A DNA stretch of 64,000 bases, taken from Candidatus Poribacteria bacterium. Lineage in GTDB: Bacteria > Poribacteria > WGA-4E > WGA-3G. The position numbers and the translations under genes are program-made. Location: NCBI GenBank assembly GCA_965200395.1, contig CBDAUH010000002.1:77246-141245 (forward strand). Direction: 5' to 3'. Numbering within the stretch: position 1 is the stretch's first letter; every line of letters begins with the position of its first letter. The notes under the pieces are model-generated. The model did not search any database, was not told where the DNA came from, and was given only the letters and a program-made list of their open reading frames with translations. Below are positions 10,369 to 21,197 of this stretch, piece after piece.

Positions 10369-11040
10369 CTAAAACTGCCACCGCAACAATGTTACACGAT
10401 TGTGCCAAACAAGTACCCCCATAGTAGTGCCTATAACCGCCCCCACTAACACATCAGAAGTATAGTGCCGTCCCAAATAGACACGCGAAAAACCTACCAA
10501 CCCCGCGCCGATGTACAACGGTATTCTCCACTTGGGATAGCGATACCCCAGAATCGTAGCTGCACTAAACGCAATAGACGCATGTCCTGATGGCATAGCT
10601 GGATTGCCCAGCATATCATCAAGGGGTCGCTTCCTACGAACTAACTGCTTTATTCCATAAGTTACTACGCCGGTGCTTAAGTATGCTGAGGACAACAACC
10701 TTCCCGTGTTTCGGTGTGCTTCATCTCCGTAAGCCATGAGTAAAATAGATAGTCCCATAATGGAACGGTAATGTCCAAATTCTGTGGTTACCTCCATTCC
10801 TGTCCACATCGGTTCGTTATGTGGTGGTGCATCATAGATACGATCAAATAGTTGCTGATCCCACCGTGCTAAGATATTATCACCGTATGCATCTAAACCG
10901 ACAGTAAAACATAAAATAGACAAAGCATAGAGCAGCAGTGTCTGTCTAAATCGGAACTGAAAAAATTGTGTTATTTGAAAAGATGGTACTGACTGAACAT
11001 ACCTCAATTTAAATTCGTCCTTCACACTGTTGCCTACCAA
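10369..11040 (-). CDS. PAP2-family membrane phosphatase
   Basis: K...RRKRP, PSGH, SRVYLGRHY.SDV motifs; start uncertain (overlaps sulfatase stop). Confidence 0.88.
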   Translation of the reverse strand: MVGNSVKDEFKLRYVQSVPSFQITQFFQFRFRQTLLLYALSILCFTVGLDAYGDNILARWDQQLFDRIYDAPPHNEPMWTGMEVTTEFGHYRSIMGLSILLMAYGDEAHRNTGRLLSSAYLSTGVVTYGIKQLVRRKRPLDDMLGNPAMPSGHASIAFSAATILGYRYPKWRIPLYIGAGLVGFSRVYLGRHYTSDVLVGAVIGTTMGVLVWHNRVTLLRWQF

Positions 11041-11966
11041 GGTGCTTGACGTTCAGGTAGCGGATCAACTGTCCATGCCATACGATGGATAAGTCGTTCT
11101 TGCATTTCCAGCTTTATATCTATGTAGTCTGAATTATGCCAGAGATTGTATGTTTCTTGTGGATCATCAACCAGGTCATAGAGTTCACCGCCACCCGCCC
11201 CATGTGCAACAACTAATTTATAACGTTCACTCCGTACCATCGTTGCGTTTGCAGCAGGTTCACTGTGCCATGGCATTGCGTTGTAATACTCACAATAGAC
11301 ATCGTCCCGATGCGAATCCAGACTTTTTTCACCTGTTAACATCGGTAGAAGACTTTGCCCTTGGATGCCGGGGTAATGCTCCAATCCGCTTGCTTCCAGA
11401 AGAGTCGGTGCTATATCTACCAATTCAACAAGGGAATCTGAACGCGCTCCATTGTTCAATAAACCTGGGCCTGAGATAATCAATGGTATCCGAATAGCAG
11501 GTTCATAGAAATAAGGACCTTTCAGATAAATACCGTGGTCACCAAGCATCTCTCCATGGTCTGATGTAAAAATAACGATTGTGTTTTCTCGTTGTCCGAT
11601 TTCCTCTAAAAAATCAAGAAGTCGTCCGACTTGCGCGTCTATAACGTCAATCATTGCCCAATATGCAGCGGTCACCCAACGGTGGTCTGAATTGCTCATT
11701 TCTTTGTAGGGATACCCCGATTTCCCACCATAAGCCCCGCCGTGATCAATCTGTTGCCATATCGGTTTATTGTCAAGCTCTCCTTCAACATAATTCGGTA
11801 AAGGGATTTCATCTAATATATCTCTGTACCTTTCTAACGCCGCAACGGGTGGGTCAAAGGCATGGTGCGGATCGAACATATTCAATGAGAATAACCAAGG
11901 TTGCTTAAATCGTGATGAACTGCTGATAAATGTCATTGCACGTTCAACACTCCAAGCCGTTTGACT

Positions 11967-12658
11967 AGGGTTATTTAGTTTTAGAATTGTTTATTTATCA
12001 AGTTAACTGTGAGTAAAGGTTTTGAGGCATATTCCTTTGATATCGGTATTTCATTAGTTTTATCGCTAACACCTCGCTGCGTGAGGGTGATCCCTAACTC
12101 ATGAGAGACGACGGAGAGTAAATGGCTGATCATCGCACCACTTTTTTTAGACGCACGCAGGGTTTTGCCATCTATAGCGACTGCGTCAAAACAGCCCTGC
12201 AAATCGAGACGCTCTGCTAATGCAGCGTTTACCCATTTTGACAGGATGTCTTCTAATACCTCAGCGTCTAACTTTTTCAACAGATTATGTATGGTTGCAG
12301 CACAAGGCGTTTTTTGATGTGTGAACCCGAGTGCTTTTGCAAGTGCGGTCTGTGAGCGTGCCCAAGTAGCGATGGATGTATACCCTTTATGCCCGCACAT
12401 CAATCCAACGACTAAAAGTGCGAGGAGTGCGTTCAAGGGGTGTCGTTTCCCTTTTTCCTTGCGCGGGTCTGTAAGTTTTGCTAACATGTCCATCAAGTGG
12501 CAGGATTTTCCTTTTGCCATTCTTCACCTCAAAAGATCGTAAATTTTTAAGGTGAAGTATAGCAGATATACCATGAAAAATCATGGTATATCCGCATATT
12601 CCAAAATATTAACGATTGTGATAAAAAACGACCAAAATCCATAAAACTAAATAACCCT
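11967..12658 (-). mobile_element. ISAs1-family IS, internally deleted (692 bp)
   Basis: Perfect 17-bp terminal IR AGGGTTATTTAGTTTTA; direct repeat GCCGTTTGACT at 11956-11966 and 12659-12669. Confidence 0.9.
11981..12520 (-). pseudogene. Truncated ISAs1-family transposase
   Basis: LTDPR...GKRHPL, AVAIDGKTLR, KTNEIP, then ends at 179 aa. Confidence 0.85.
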
Positions 12659-13177
12659 GCCGTTTGACTATGTTCCTCTGATGGAATCACCCTAACGTAT
12701 TTTGAATCAGTAAACGGTGCACTATCTCTGCGTAATCCTTTATCTGATAACCACTGCATGTAATCGTGTGTTGCCCAAGCATCTGCTGGATCGTGCGACC
12801 AGAAAAACTGGTCATAACCATCGTCAATACGTTGTTCTGTTCCTTTACAAACGCGTGGATTACAAGGCGCAAGATGAAGTTTGCCTGCCAATCCACATAC
12901 ATAACCAGCATTCTGAAGCAGTTTCGTTACCAGAACTTCATCTGATGGGATTGCTTGTCCATTTTGTCTGCAACGCGTTGTACGTGGGTATCGTCCGGTT
13001 AAAAAACTTGCCCTGCTCGGTGTGCAAACAGGACTTTGTGAATAAGCATGTTCAAATAGCACGCCATCACGTACTAAATTGTCTAAATTCGGTGTTTGGA
13101 CATAAGGATTTCCATAGCAACCAAGGGTATCAAAACGTTGTTGATCGCTGCATATCCATAGGATATTGGGAGGATTT

Positions 13178-14833
13178 TCACGCATCTGTTTCCGCCTCAG
13201 CTTCTATATGCACCAATTTTCTATACCGGAAAAACGTCCATATACCAGACGCGATGACAATAATCAATATACATACTATACCAATATTGATAACATTTCG
13301 CCAAGGATTCATCTGCCACAAACGCTGTCCTGCTAGTTTCGCCGCAGGTGTCCCTTTCTCTGCTTTTAAGACAACCTGTTTCCAATACTTCCTTGCTGCT
13401 TCTGGTTGTTGGTATGCTTCTGCCAACTTCGCTGTTACGACAATATAATTGATGTCCTGTACCTGTTCATGCTCAATAGCATGAGCAAAAGAAGTATACA
13501 GCAGAAATGTTAATTCTTTGGACATCTGTGGGAGGTCTGTCGTCGTTTCAATACCGTTTTGAAACGCCTCTATCGCTTTTTGATCGGCACCTCGACTAAA
13601 TTCAAACTCAGCAATTTCAAACCATGTTTTTTTAATCAATTCAATCGGTTGCTCGATCGCCTCATAACCGTCAAATGTGAAAATTGCAGAACCGTGATAG
13701 AAATCTCCCTGCTTTGCGTATAACGTATAATCTGTTCCGGGGGTTAGCATAGCAGCAGCATCCCAGTTTTGAAATGAATATTTGCCATCTTCTCCAACTG
13801 TTTCAACATAAGCAGTGCCATCAATTGATACCTGTGTTCCTGAAACAGCGACATCAGGAGAACCTGCAACTGTGCCGTAAACAGAAATCGGTTTGAGAAC
13901 TGATATAAAATTGATAACTTCACCTTGTGTTAGCTTGAGTTCCGCGGTTTGAAGTTCAGGACTAAGATACCCTGCTTTTCTTAAAGAAACAGTGTAAGTT
14001 CCTTGTTTTAAATCGTCTGTGAATAGTTTAGGTGTTGTACCATTTTCTTTGTCGTTTAGCACGATCTGTGCACCCTCCGGAAATGATGTAACTTTAATGG
14101 CAGGACTAAGTTTCATTATCGTCTCTTCTACATCTCCCGTCGGAGCAAAAATAGCGTTCTCAAAAGAATGTTCGTTCTGCAATTGCTGATATACCTCAAT
14201 TACACTGATATGCCTATTATCATCTACGTCAATCGTTTCTGTGGATAAGGTCTCAATTAATGCCTGAAGAAAGGAATTCTTACCTGCTGGTTCTTTTGTT
14301 TCTGCGGGATGAATAACATTTAGTGCAGCGGTACCAAGAGTTACTCTGTTGGCATAATAGACAGTAAGTCTCTCATCGTAGGCATAACCATCAATAATGA
14401 CAAGGATACGCCCTATTCCTGTTGTTTTTAACCATTGATTCAATGCTGCATCTTGGACAGTGTCTTCCGATAGTGTTGAGAAGTGCATTGCGTTTCCGCG
14501 AGGTTGTTTGGACACTACCCCATGATATAGAAAAACCAAGGTTTTTATTTTTTCAGATTTGTCCGCTATGTTAATGAGGGAATTCTCAATTTCATCTCTT
14601 GTTGCTTTGTTACCATTAAGACGTTGTATATTTTCCTGAGAAACTTTTCCTATCTCTGTTAATAGTTTGTTAATAGATTTAAACAGTTTGTTTGCATCAG
14701 TATTGGGAGAGGTATCAACCATCAGCCAATATGTTTCTGAATCGACAGGTTCAGCAGAAACATCATGAGCCGCTAAAACTAAAAAACAGATAAAAAGCAT
14801 AAATATAACGATTTTTTGTGTAGACATCTTCAT
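13178..14833 (-). CDS. Exported protein: caspase-like domain + PEGA + beta-sandwich + TPR-like helices + C-terminal TM anchor
   Basis: Signal peptide; LVFLYHG and ILVIIDGY (caspase-like), DVDDNRHISVIEVY; VTSFPEGAQIVLN...GTTP...GTYTVSLRKAGY (PEGA); C-terminal hydrophobic helix followed by RYRK. Confidence 0.65.
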   Translation of the reverse strand: MKMSTQKIVIFMLFICFLVLAAHDVSAEPVDSETYWLMVDTSPNTDANKLFKSINKLLTEIGKVSQENIQRLNGNKATRDEIENSLINIADKSEKIKTLVFLYHGVVSKQPRGNAMHFSTLSEDTVQDAALNQWLKTTGIGRILVIIDGYAYDERLTVYYANRVTLGTAALNVIHPAETKEPAGKNSFLQALIETLSTETIDVDDNRHISVIEVYQQLQNEHSFENAIFAPTGDVEETIMKLSPAIKVTSFPEGAQIVLNDKENGTTPKLFTDDLKQGTYTVSLRKAGYLSPELQTAELKLTQGEVINFISVLKPISVYGTVAGSPDVAVSGTQVSIDGTAYVETVGEDGKYSFQNWDAAAMLTPGTDYTLYAKQGDFYHGSAIFTFDGYEAIEQPIELIKKTWFEIAEFEFSRGADQKAIEAFQNGIETTTDLPQMSKELTFLLYTSFAHAIEHEQVQDINYIVVTAKLAEAYQQPEAARKYWKQVVLKAEKGTPAAKLAGQRLWQMNPWRNVINIGIVCILIIVIASGIWTFFRYRKLVHIEAEAETDA

Positions 14834-15033
14834 TACCCAAAATGTGGATTTGATAGAAATTATGTTCATTTTCGCTTATTGTACTGAAAACATAGGAAAT
14901 TTGCAAGAAAATTTAATGTTGAACGGAATACCTTAAAACTAAACTTCCTAATGTCTTCCTTTCAAGAAACACTAAACTTTAATCTATTGAATTGCGTCAA
15001 AATTTGCAATGTATCATATCATACCAAATCTAT

Positions 15034-15062
15034 TTGACTATTCTTCATAACTGTGTTATTAT
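15034..15062 (+). promoter_or_regulatory. Sigma70-type promoter of the IS630 transposase
   Basis: TTGACT-17bp-TATTAT with extended TG, upstream of AAGGAG RBS. Confidence 0.55.
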
Positions 15063-15094
15063 GGTCCCCATTCTTTTAAAGGAGTGAAACATCC

Positions 15095-16147
15095 ATGAAT
15101 AAAAAAGTGCCAGAGATTACAGAAAGTGTAGAGGTCTTGAAAGACCTCTTACGAAAAGCGAAAAAGAAGCATGAAATCCTGCGCCTGAATATGCTCTATC
15201 TCTTGAAAAGTGGCGAGGCGAAAAATCGTGTCCAAGTCGCCCGCCTCCTCGGCGTTGATCGCACAAGTGTCGGCACCTGGCTACATGCTTATGAAACCGG
15301 CGGACTTGAGAAAATGCTGCAACGCGGATACGCCCCCGGACGCGAACCCATCCTCACTGAAGAACAGCAAACCCTCTTACTTGAAGAACTTCGGAAACCT
15401 GAGGGTTTTACGAGTTATGTGGAAATCCAAAAGTATATCGCTGACACCTTTGGCATCAAAATGAACTATAAAACTGTTTACGCAATGGTTCATGATAAAT
15501 GGGGAGCCAAACTCAAAGTGCCTCGTAAGAGCCATGTAAAAAAAAACGCAGTAGCGACTGAAACATTCCGCTCCGAGTTTAGCAAACATGTCGCTGATGC
15601 GGTTGCTGAAAAAGGTGCGGATTTTCAAAGCGTTCGTGTTTTCAGTCAAGATGAGACGCGATATGGTCTTTTGCCTACTACAGAACGGCGTATCACGCAA
15701 CGCGGTGTCAAACCTGTCGCGAAGATAGATTACCAATATACATCGGTTTATCTCTATGGTGCGGTTGAACCTTTGACAGGTGAGCGATTTTTCTTAGAAC
15801 TTTCCCACTTGACTTCAGATTGTTTTCAGTGTTTCATTGATGCTGTATCGGTTGCCTACGCGGAGAGCCTCAACTTATTAGTGCTTGATAAGGGTCGTTT
15901 TCATCATGCTAAATCGTTAGTGGTTCCTGCTAATGTTGTTTTACTTTTCTTACCGCCGTATAGTCCGGAGTTGAACCCAATTGAGCGTTTCTGGCAAGAC
16001 TTGAAAGCGAAGTTGTTTACCGAGTTCTATGAGACGCTTGAGGCTATGCAAGCGAAAGTGACGGAGATACTTCAAAGTTATTCCGATGCTGCTATCGCTA
16101 AACTCACTGGGTTCTCACATTTCATAAAGGCTGCTAATGCAGTATAA
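15095..16147 (+). CDS. IS630-family transposase (HTH + DDE)
   Basis: HTH, KVPRKSH, FSQDETRYGL, LVLDKGRFH, LPPYSPELNPIERFW. Confidence 0.93.
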   Translation: MNKKVPEITESVEVLKDLLRKAKKKHEILRLNMLYLLKSGEAKNRVQVARLLGVDRTSVGTWLHAYETGGLEKMLQRGYAPGREPILTEEQQTLLLEELRKPEGFTSYVEIQKYIADTFGIKMNYKTVYAMVHDKWGAKLKVPRKSHVKKNAVATETFRSEFSKHVADAVAEKGADFQSVRVFSQDETRYGLLPTTERRITQRGVKPVAKIDYQYTSVYLYGAVEPLTGERFFLELSHLTSDCFQCFIDAVSVAYAESLNLLVLDKGRFHHAKSLVVPANVVLLFLPPYSPELNPIERFWQDLKAKLFTEFYETLEAMQAKVTEILQSYSDAAIAKLTGFSHFIKAANAV

Positions 16148-16282
16148 ACTCTTAGAAATGGTATCATAATACATCTTTCTGATGAACTTTTAAAATTAGT
16201 TCTTGTCAAAACTTATGTAAGACTAAATATTTTTTTATGATCACACTCTTCAGCAGGAAAAGGTTTATGTTGTTGTAAGGAG

Positions 16283-17632
16283 ATGCTAATGCTTCGATGG
16301 AATATTAGGTTAACATTAATTTTGGTTATTATTCAATGTGCAGTGCTGCTGTGTGTGGACGCACAAGAACCGCAGGAACCGCAGGAAATTGACGTTTCTC
16401 AACCATTAACCCTTGAGCAGTGTATTCAATTGGGGTTAGAAAGGTCAACCAGTATGCGTAATGCGCGACTGAGTCTTGCTATTCAGGAACTCCGTCTCAA
16501 AAATGCTCGGGCAGATTATTTTCCAATTATCACTTCATCTGGAAACTACAACTTTAGTGACCGGCTTGACTTCGGTTTTGAACCCCAAAACTACGATTTA
16601 GGGTTGACAGGCAGGTATACACTCTGGGATAATGGACAACGGGAAGTGGGTTTCGCACAAGCAAAAGAAGGGTTAAAAGCAACAACCAATAGGAATGAAG
16701 GGATAAAACAGAGCGTAATTCTGCAAATTACACAAGCATATTACAATGTACTTAAAGATATCGAACTCGTCAAGGTGAGTGAAGATGTATTGGCGCGTTC
16801 AATAGAGGACACCGAACAAACTATCGCTTTGAAAGACGCAGGAGTACTTATTCCGGCTGATGTTGCAACTGCAAGAGTTCGCCAAGCAAATAACGAACTG
16901 TCATTGGTGAACAATCGAAATGCCCTACAAATCTCACAAGCTACTTTGCCGAGGCTCATGGGATTAGACCCAGGATTGCTTATTACCGTGGCAGTTGACG
17001 AATCCTTTCAGCTCTATTTAGATAGAGGAACTATTGAGAAAATACAGATTTCTGTTGAGGAAGCGATACAAACAGCATTTGATAATCGCCCAGAATTTAA
17101 GGAAACTGAAGCATCACTTAAACAACAAGAATGGAGCTTAACACTCTCAAAATTGCAGCGTTGGCCTCGATTGAGTGCAAATGCAAACTATAACGTGAAC
17201 CTTGATGATTACCTTCGTGAACGTCTAAATTTCTCAGACTTTCGAAGCTGGAGCGTCGGAGCATCACTAAACTTTACACTTTATGATGGTGGGGTATTAG
17301 GCAATATTGTTAAAGAACGGAGTATGCAGTTAGAACAGGCGCGAGAGAACGCAAGCGACTTAGAACGTTCTGTCGCACTTGATGTCCGACAAAGTTACCT
17401 AAATCTGAAACGTAGTGAAACCGTCGTAGAAATCTCTAATACACAAGTAGTAAACGCACAACTGAGCTTAGATGTCATTCAAGGACGGTATAGAGTGGGA
17501 AAAGCAATTCTGCTCGAAGTGCTCGATGCACAAACAAGTTATGCACAGGCGTTGACTAATCAAGTTAATGCATTTTACGATTACAAAATTGCCCTGGCAC
17601 GATTACAGGATGCAATGGGAGTCTTACAGTAG
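16283..17632 (+). CDS. TolC-family outer membrane efflux protein
   Basis: Signal peptide, PLTLEQCIQLGL, two OEP repeats (QAYYNVL; VRQSYLNL...RYRVG...LEVLDAQ). Confidence 0.88.
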   Translation: MLMLRWNIRLTLILVIIQCAVLLCVDAQEPQEPQEIDVSQPLTLEQCIQLGLERSTSMRNARLSLAIQELRLKNARADYFPIITSSGNYNFSDRLDFGFEPQNYDLGLTGRYTLWDNGQREVGFAQAKEGLKATTNRNEGIKQSVILQITQAYYNVLKDIELVKVSEDVLARSIEDTEQTIALKDAGVLIPADVATARVRQANNELSLVNNRNALQISQATLPRLMGLDPGLLITVAVDESFQLYLDRGTIEKIQISVEEAIQTAFDNRPEFKETEASLKQQEWSLTLSKLQRWPRLSANANYNVNLDDYLRERLNFSDFRSWSVGASLNFTLYDGGVLGNIVKERSMQLEQARENASDLERSVALDVRQSYLNLKRSETVVEISNTQVVNAQLSLDVIQGRYRVGKAILLEVLDAQTSYAQALTNQVNAFYDYKIALARLQDAMGVLQ

Positions 17633-17634
17633 TC

Positions 17635-19590
17635 ATGAAAATTGGTAAAAAGTGGTTTATATTCGGTTCCATCACAATAGTAGTGATTGTGATTGGAATG
17701 ATAGGTGCAACCCAAATTAAATTTGGGAATGATAATGACGATGAAGAAGACAAGCGAGAGGTGGTACGACGGGGTGAATTTCTTGTAAAAGTTCAAGAGT
17801 CCGGTAGACTTCGTTCTCTTGTTGAGGTAGATGTCCGTTCAAATGTAGAGGGTGAAATCCTTGAGATCTTCGTTGAAGAAGCGAACCTTGTTCAAGAAGG
17901 TGACCCACTCCTGAAAATTGACGATGAACAGATTTTAGAGGAAATGAATCAGGCAGAAGCCTATCGGGATGCGCGTAAAGCTGAATTAGATCAATCGGAA
18001 CTTCGTATACAGATAGCCGAAAAACGCGAAACAAGCGATCTCCTTCAAGCTCGAAATGCCGTCGCAAAATCTAAGGCATCTCTCGTCTCTTTTGCTGCAA
18101 ACAAACAACAACGCATCACAGAGGCGGAGACGCTTGTAGCTACAACACAAAATCTGCTCAACCGAGATAAAATCTCACTAAAACAGGATGAAATCTCCCT
18201 AACACAGGCGGAACTAACGCTTGATCGCGCTAATGTAAATGTACAATCCGCAAAAGTTACCCTCGAAACGACCCAAGCAGAACACAAACGCAATGAAGAG
18301 TTATATAAAAAAGAATTAATATCAAAGCAAGCGTTAGAGCAATCACAGAGGCAACTCGTATTGAATACATCGCAATACGAAACTGCACAGAAAGAGGTTG
18401 AGTCTCAAAAGGAAACGATTAAATCTCGGAAAGAAAATATAAAAGCAATGCAGGAGGCAATTCAGAGTAGAGAGGCAACCCTTTCCCTTAATAAAAAGAA
18501 CGTCCAAACAGTAAAAGAATCGCAAGATGCACAGGAAAAACAATTAAAAGCAGATTTAGAAAATGCACAGACCCGACTAAAACAGACTGAAGAAACAACT
18601 GAGGAGGAAAAAGCACTAACAAAACATTCCAAAGTAAGCGCAGCAGCTAACCTGCTTCAAGCTGAAAGTCGGTTGAAATCTCAGCAGGAAAGATATGCTT
18701 GGACAACAGTTAAAGCACCTATGTCAGGGACAATCACCCGCATATCTGTGGAAGAGGGTGAAATTATCACCTCTGGACGTTCGGCATTCTCACGCGGTGA
18801 AGCTATCATGCGCATCGCCGACCTTACAAAAATGATAGTCATAACCCAAATTAATCAGGTAGAAATCGGAAAAATAAAAGAGGGACAACGCGTAGAAATC
18901 CGTGTTGATAGCTACCGCAACAAGGTGTTTAATGGAAGAGTGAGTGAAATATCCCCAAGTTCCACACAACGCCCACAAGGCGGAAATGCTGTGATTACTT
19001 TCCAAATAGAAATTGAGGTAGATATACCGGAGGAAGAATTCCAACTATTACCCGGCATGTCTGCCGACGTAGATATTATTGTGTTCGAAAAACATGACAT
19101 ACTTCAAATACCAATAGCAGCCGTCTTAAGCCCAGAGGTATTTACCGTCAAGGCAACAGTAAATCCGGATGTGATCGGACAGTTCCAACAAGGGCAACGG
19201 CTAAAAGTCCAAAATCTTATTGGCAATCAGTTCGATGGTCAAGTCAGCCGGATTGAACCATCCGAAAGCCGAGGTAATCTTGAAATCTTGTTTGATGAAC
19301 CACCAAAAGGTATGCGTCCAGGACCGACAGAAATTATAATCGTAATATCTGAAAACAACCGACTGTCAAATATTGAAGCAGAAATTAGGAGTGAACGTCA
19401 ACATTTTGTTAAACTCGATACTGGCGAACCCGCAAAGAAGAACGGCGAAAAGGGTGTCAAAACACACATTAAAGTCGGTAGACGTAATAAAACACACTTC
19501 GAAATCGTACACGGACTAAAAGAAGGTGACCGTGTTTTTGTACCTTCTATGATGGAATTGACAAAGGACGAAAAAAATAAAGATAGATAG
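17635..19590 (+). CDS. Periplasmic adaptor (MacA/HlyD-like MFP) with very long coiled coil
   Basis: N-terminal TM, lipoyl half-motifs VEGEILEIFVEE...EGDPL and TVKAPMSGTI...VEEGE, LLPGMSADVDI, GLKEGDRV. Confidence 0.85.
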   Translation: MKIGKKWFIFGSITIVVIVIGMIGATQIKFGNDNDDEEDKREVVRRGEFLVKVQESGRLRSLVEVDVRSNVEGEILEIFVEEANLVQEGDPLLKIDDEQILEEMNQAEAYRDARKAELDQSELRIQIAEKRETSDLLQARNAVAKSKASLVSFAANKQQRITEAETLVATTQNLLNRDKISLKQDEISLTQAELTLDRANVNVQSAKVTLETTQAEHKRNEELYKKELISKQALEQSQRQLVLNTSQYETAQKEVESQKETIKSRKENIKAMQEAIQSREATLSLNKKNVQTVKESQDAQEKQLKADLENAQTRLKQTEETTEEEKALTKHSKVSAAANLLQAESRLKSQQERYAWTTVKAPMSGTITRISVEEGEIITSGRSAFSRGEAIMRIADLTKMIVITQINQVEIGKIKEGQRVEIRVDSYRNKVFNGRVSEISPSSTQRPQGGNAVITFQIEIEVDIPEEEFQLLPGMSADVDIIVFEKHDILQIPIAAVLSPEVFTVKATVNPDVIGQFQQGQRLKVQNLIGNQFDGQVSRIEPSESRGNLEILFDEPPKGMRPGPTEIIIVISENNRLSNIEAEIRSERQHFVKLDTGEPAKKNGEKGVKTHIKVGRRNKTHFEIVHGLKEGDRVFVPSMMELTKDEKNKDR

Positions 19591-19595
19591 TTACA

Positions 19596-21155
19596 CTATA
19601 GTTTGGACAGTTTTTGTTTTTTTTATGGACATAAAGCAGGAAAGCGGGTATCCTTTTAGGAAACACAAATTTGAAAGGATATTTCAAATGACCCCACTTT
19701 CCTACTTGGACAACATGTTATCAGATTTTTGACCTTTGTTCAAGTATAATAACTTTCACCACTTTCAGACTTTCGTAAAAGGTCTGATAAATACGCCCTA
19801 CCGAGGCACAATGACACAAATCTATCTTGCGACAGCCCAAGCAGGTCGGTATTGGTCTCTGCCAAAGTTTCTCTCGCGTGGCATCTGGTGTGTGGATCAA
19901 GTCGCTACTACGCTAAGCCATCAAGTGCTATCCGCTTACCCCACGGGCGTCTATGTCTATGATGAAACACATGCCCTAAGTAGCGGTTCAAAACAAGCGG
20001 GTTTGCATTTCCGCAGGAACCCTGCGTATCAAGCACGTAACAAGAACCAATCCAAGTTTCATCACGGACACGAGTTTGGTGCGATTGGGTGGCTGGCAGA
20101 AACGCCCGAAGGCACGCGCCTGTTTCCATTAGCCACACGGATGATGGAACCGAAAAGCGAGGACGCGAATAGCCTCGCCGTGCTGAAGCATTTATGCGAT
20201 CTTGTGCCACCGGGTCTTATCATTTTTGATAGAGGTTTCAATAGACGCAAAGTGTTCACGGAGATACTCTCACAAGGACATCATTTACTTTGTCGTGCGA
20301 AGTCAAACGCGGCGTTTTTTGATATACCGAAACGCCCTAAGCGTCTCAAGAGAGGCAGACCCCGTCGGTATGGTAGCCGTGTGTCTATTCCACACCTGCA
20401 GTATACAGATATCGTTGTTGAGGATCAGACACTTTCTGTCGCTGATAAAGTCGTGCGAACAAAGATGTGTCCTGTAGATGTCCGTATCGTTGTGATACGC
20501 AAACGCTTGAAAAAGTCTAAACCCTATCGGTATTTTTGTGTATTTACTTCAGATTTACGACTGCCCGTAGAAACAGTTATCCGACACTATAGAAACCGAT
20601 GGCAGATTGAAACTGCCTTTCGGGACGCTAAAGAGAACTTCGGATTTGACACCTATCAACTCCGAGACAGGAAAAGTTTGGATCGGTTCGCTCAACTCAG
20701 TTTCACCGCAGCAACGCTGACACAACTCGCTTTCAGTCCGTCGCCATTGCCTAAGACACCCGCAGACACAGACACAGACGAGGCACCGCTTGATTTAGAA
20801 ACTGTGCTATCCACACTCAATATACACTGGTATAAACCGAAACATCTCACACGCGGCTTGATGACCGCTTACTTGCAGCGATGTTTACAACAAAACTATT
20901 TTTATACGAGTTACGACCCGGGGAAAAACGCACAGAAAAAACTGAAAATCCCGAAGATACTATGTGAAAATGGTTCAGCAGCAACTATTTTCACGATTAT
21001 TGGAAAAATGATGGCTAAAAAACAGTGATTTCTAACAGAATTTAGACAGAAAAGGGGCGTTAGCAGCAGTTCTAACACCTGTTCAGAAGTGCTAACGGGG
21101 AAGTGCTGCCAACTATTCATAATCTATAACAAGAGCAAAACTGTCCAAACTATAG
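19596..21155 (+). mobile_element. IS4/IS701-like insertion sequence (1560 bp) between adaptor and ABC ATPase genes
   Basis: 19-bp IR CTATAGTTTGGACAGTTTT; 8-bp TSD TAGTTACA at 19588-19595 and 21156-21163. Confidence 0.9.
19688..21028 (+). pseudogene. DDE transposase (IS4/IS701-like) with in-frame TGA at codon 15
   Basis: ATG 19688 after AAAGGA, TGA at 19730 in frame with ORF 19736-21028; YVYDET, IIFDRGF, YRNRWQIETAFRDAK. Confidence 0.75.
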
Positions 21156-21197
21156 TAGTTACATGACATATCGGTAAAAGCAGAGGAATAACGCAAA

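Larger units (their letters stand above)
11034..13185 (-). pseudogene. Sulfatase (formylglycine-dependent) interrupted by an ISAs1-type element
   Basis: N part: PNILWICSDQQR, CTPSRASFLTGRY, GKLHL; C part: DPHH, FTSDHGEMLGDHG..LKG. Removing 11967-12658 plus one TSD copy restores EEHSQTA-WSVERAMTF in frame (482 aa). Confidence 0.92.
15022..16163 (+). mobile_element. IS630-family insertion sequence (1142 bp), intergenic
   Basis: Imperfect IR TACCAAATCTA / TAGAAATGGTA, flanked by TCA on both sides; encloses an intact transposase. Confidence 0.8.

Noticed and set aside
19730-19732. In-frame TGA as possible selenocysteine or recoding
   Set aside because: Occurs in a transposase N-terminus (DF*PLF) best explained by CGA to TGA; other genes in the window use TGA as a normal stop
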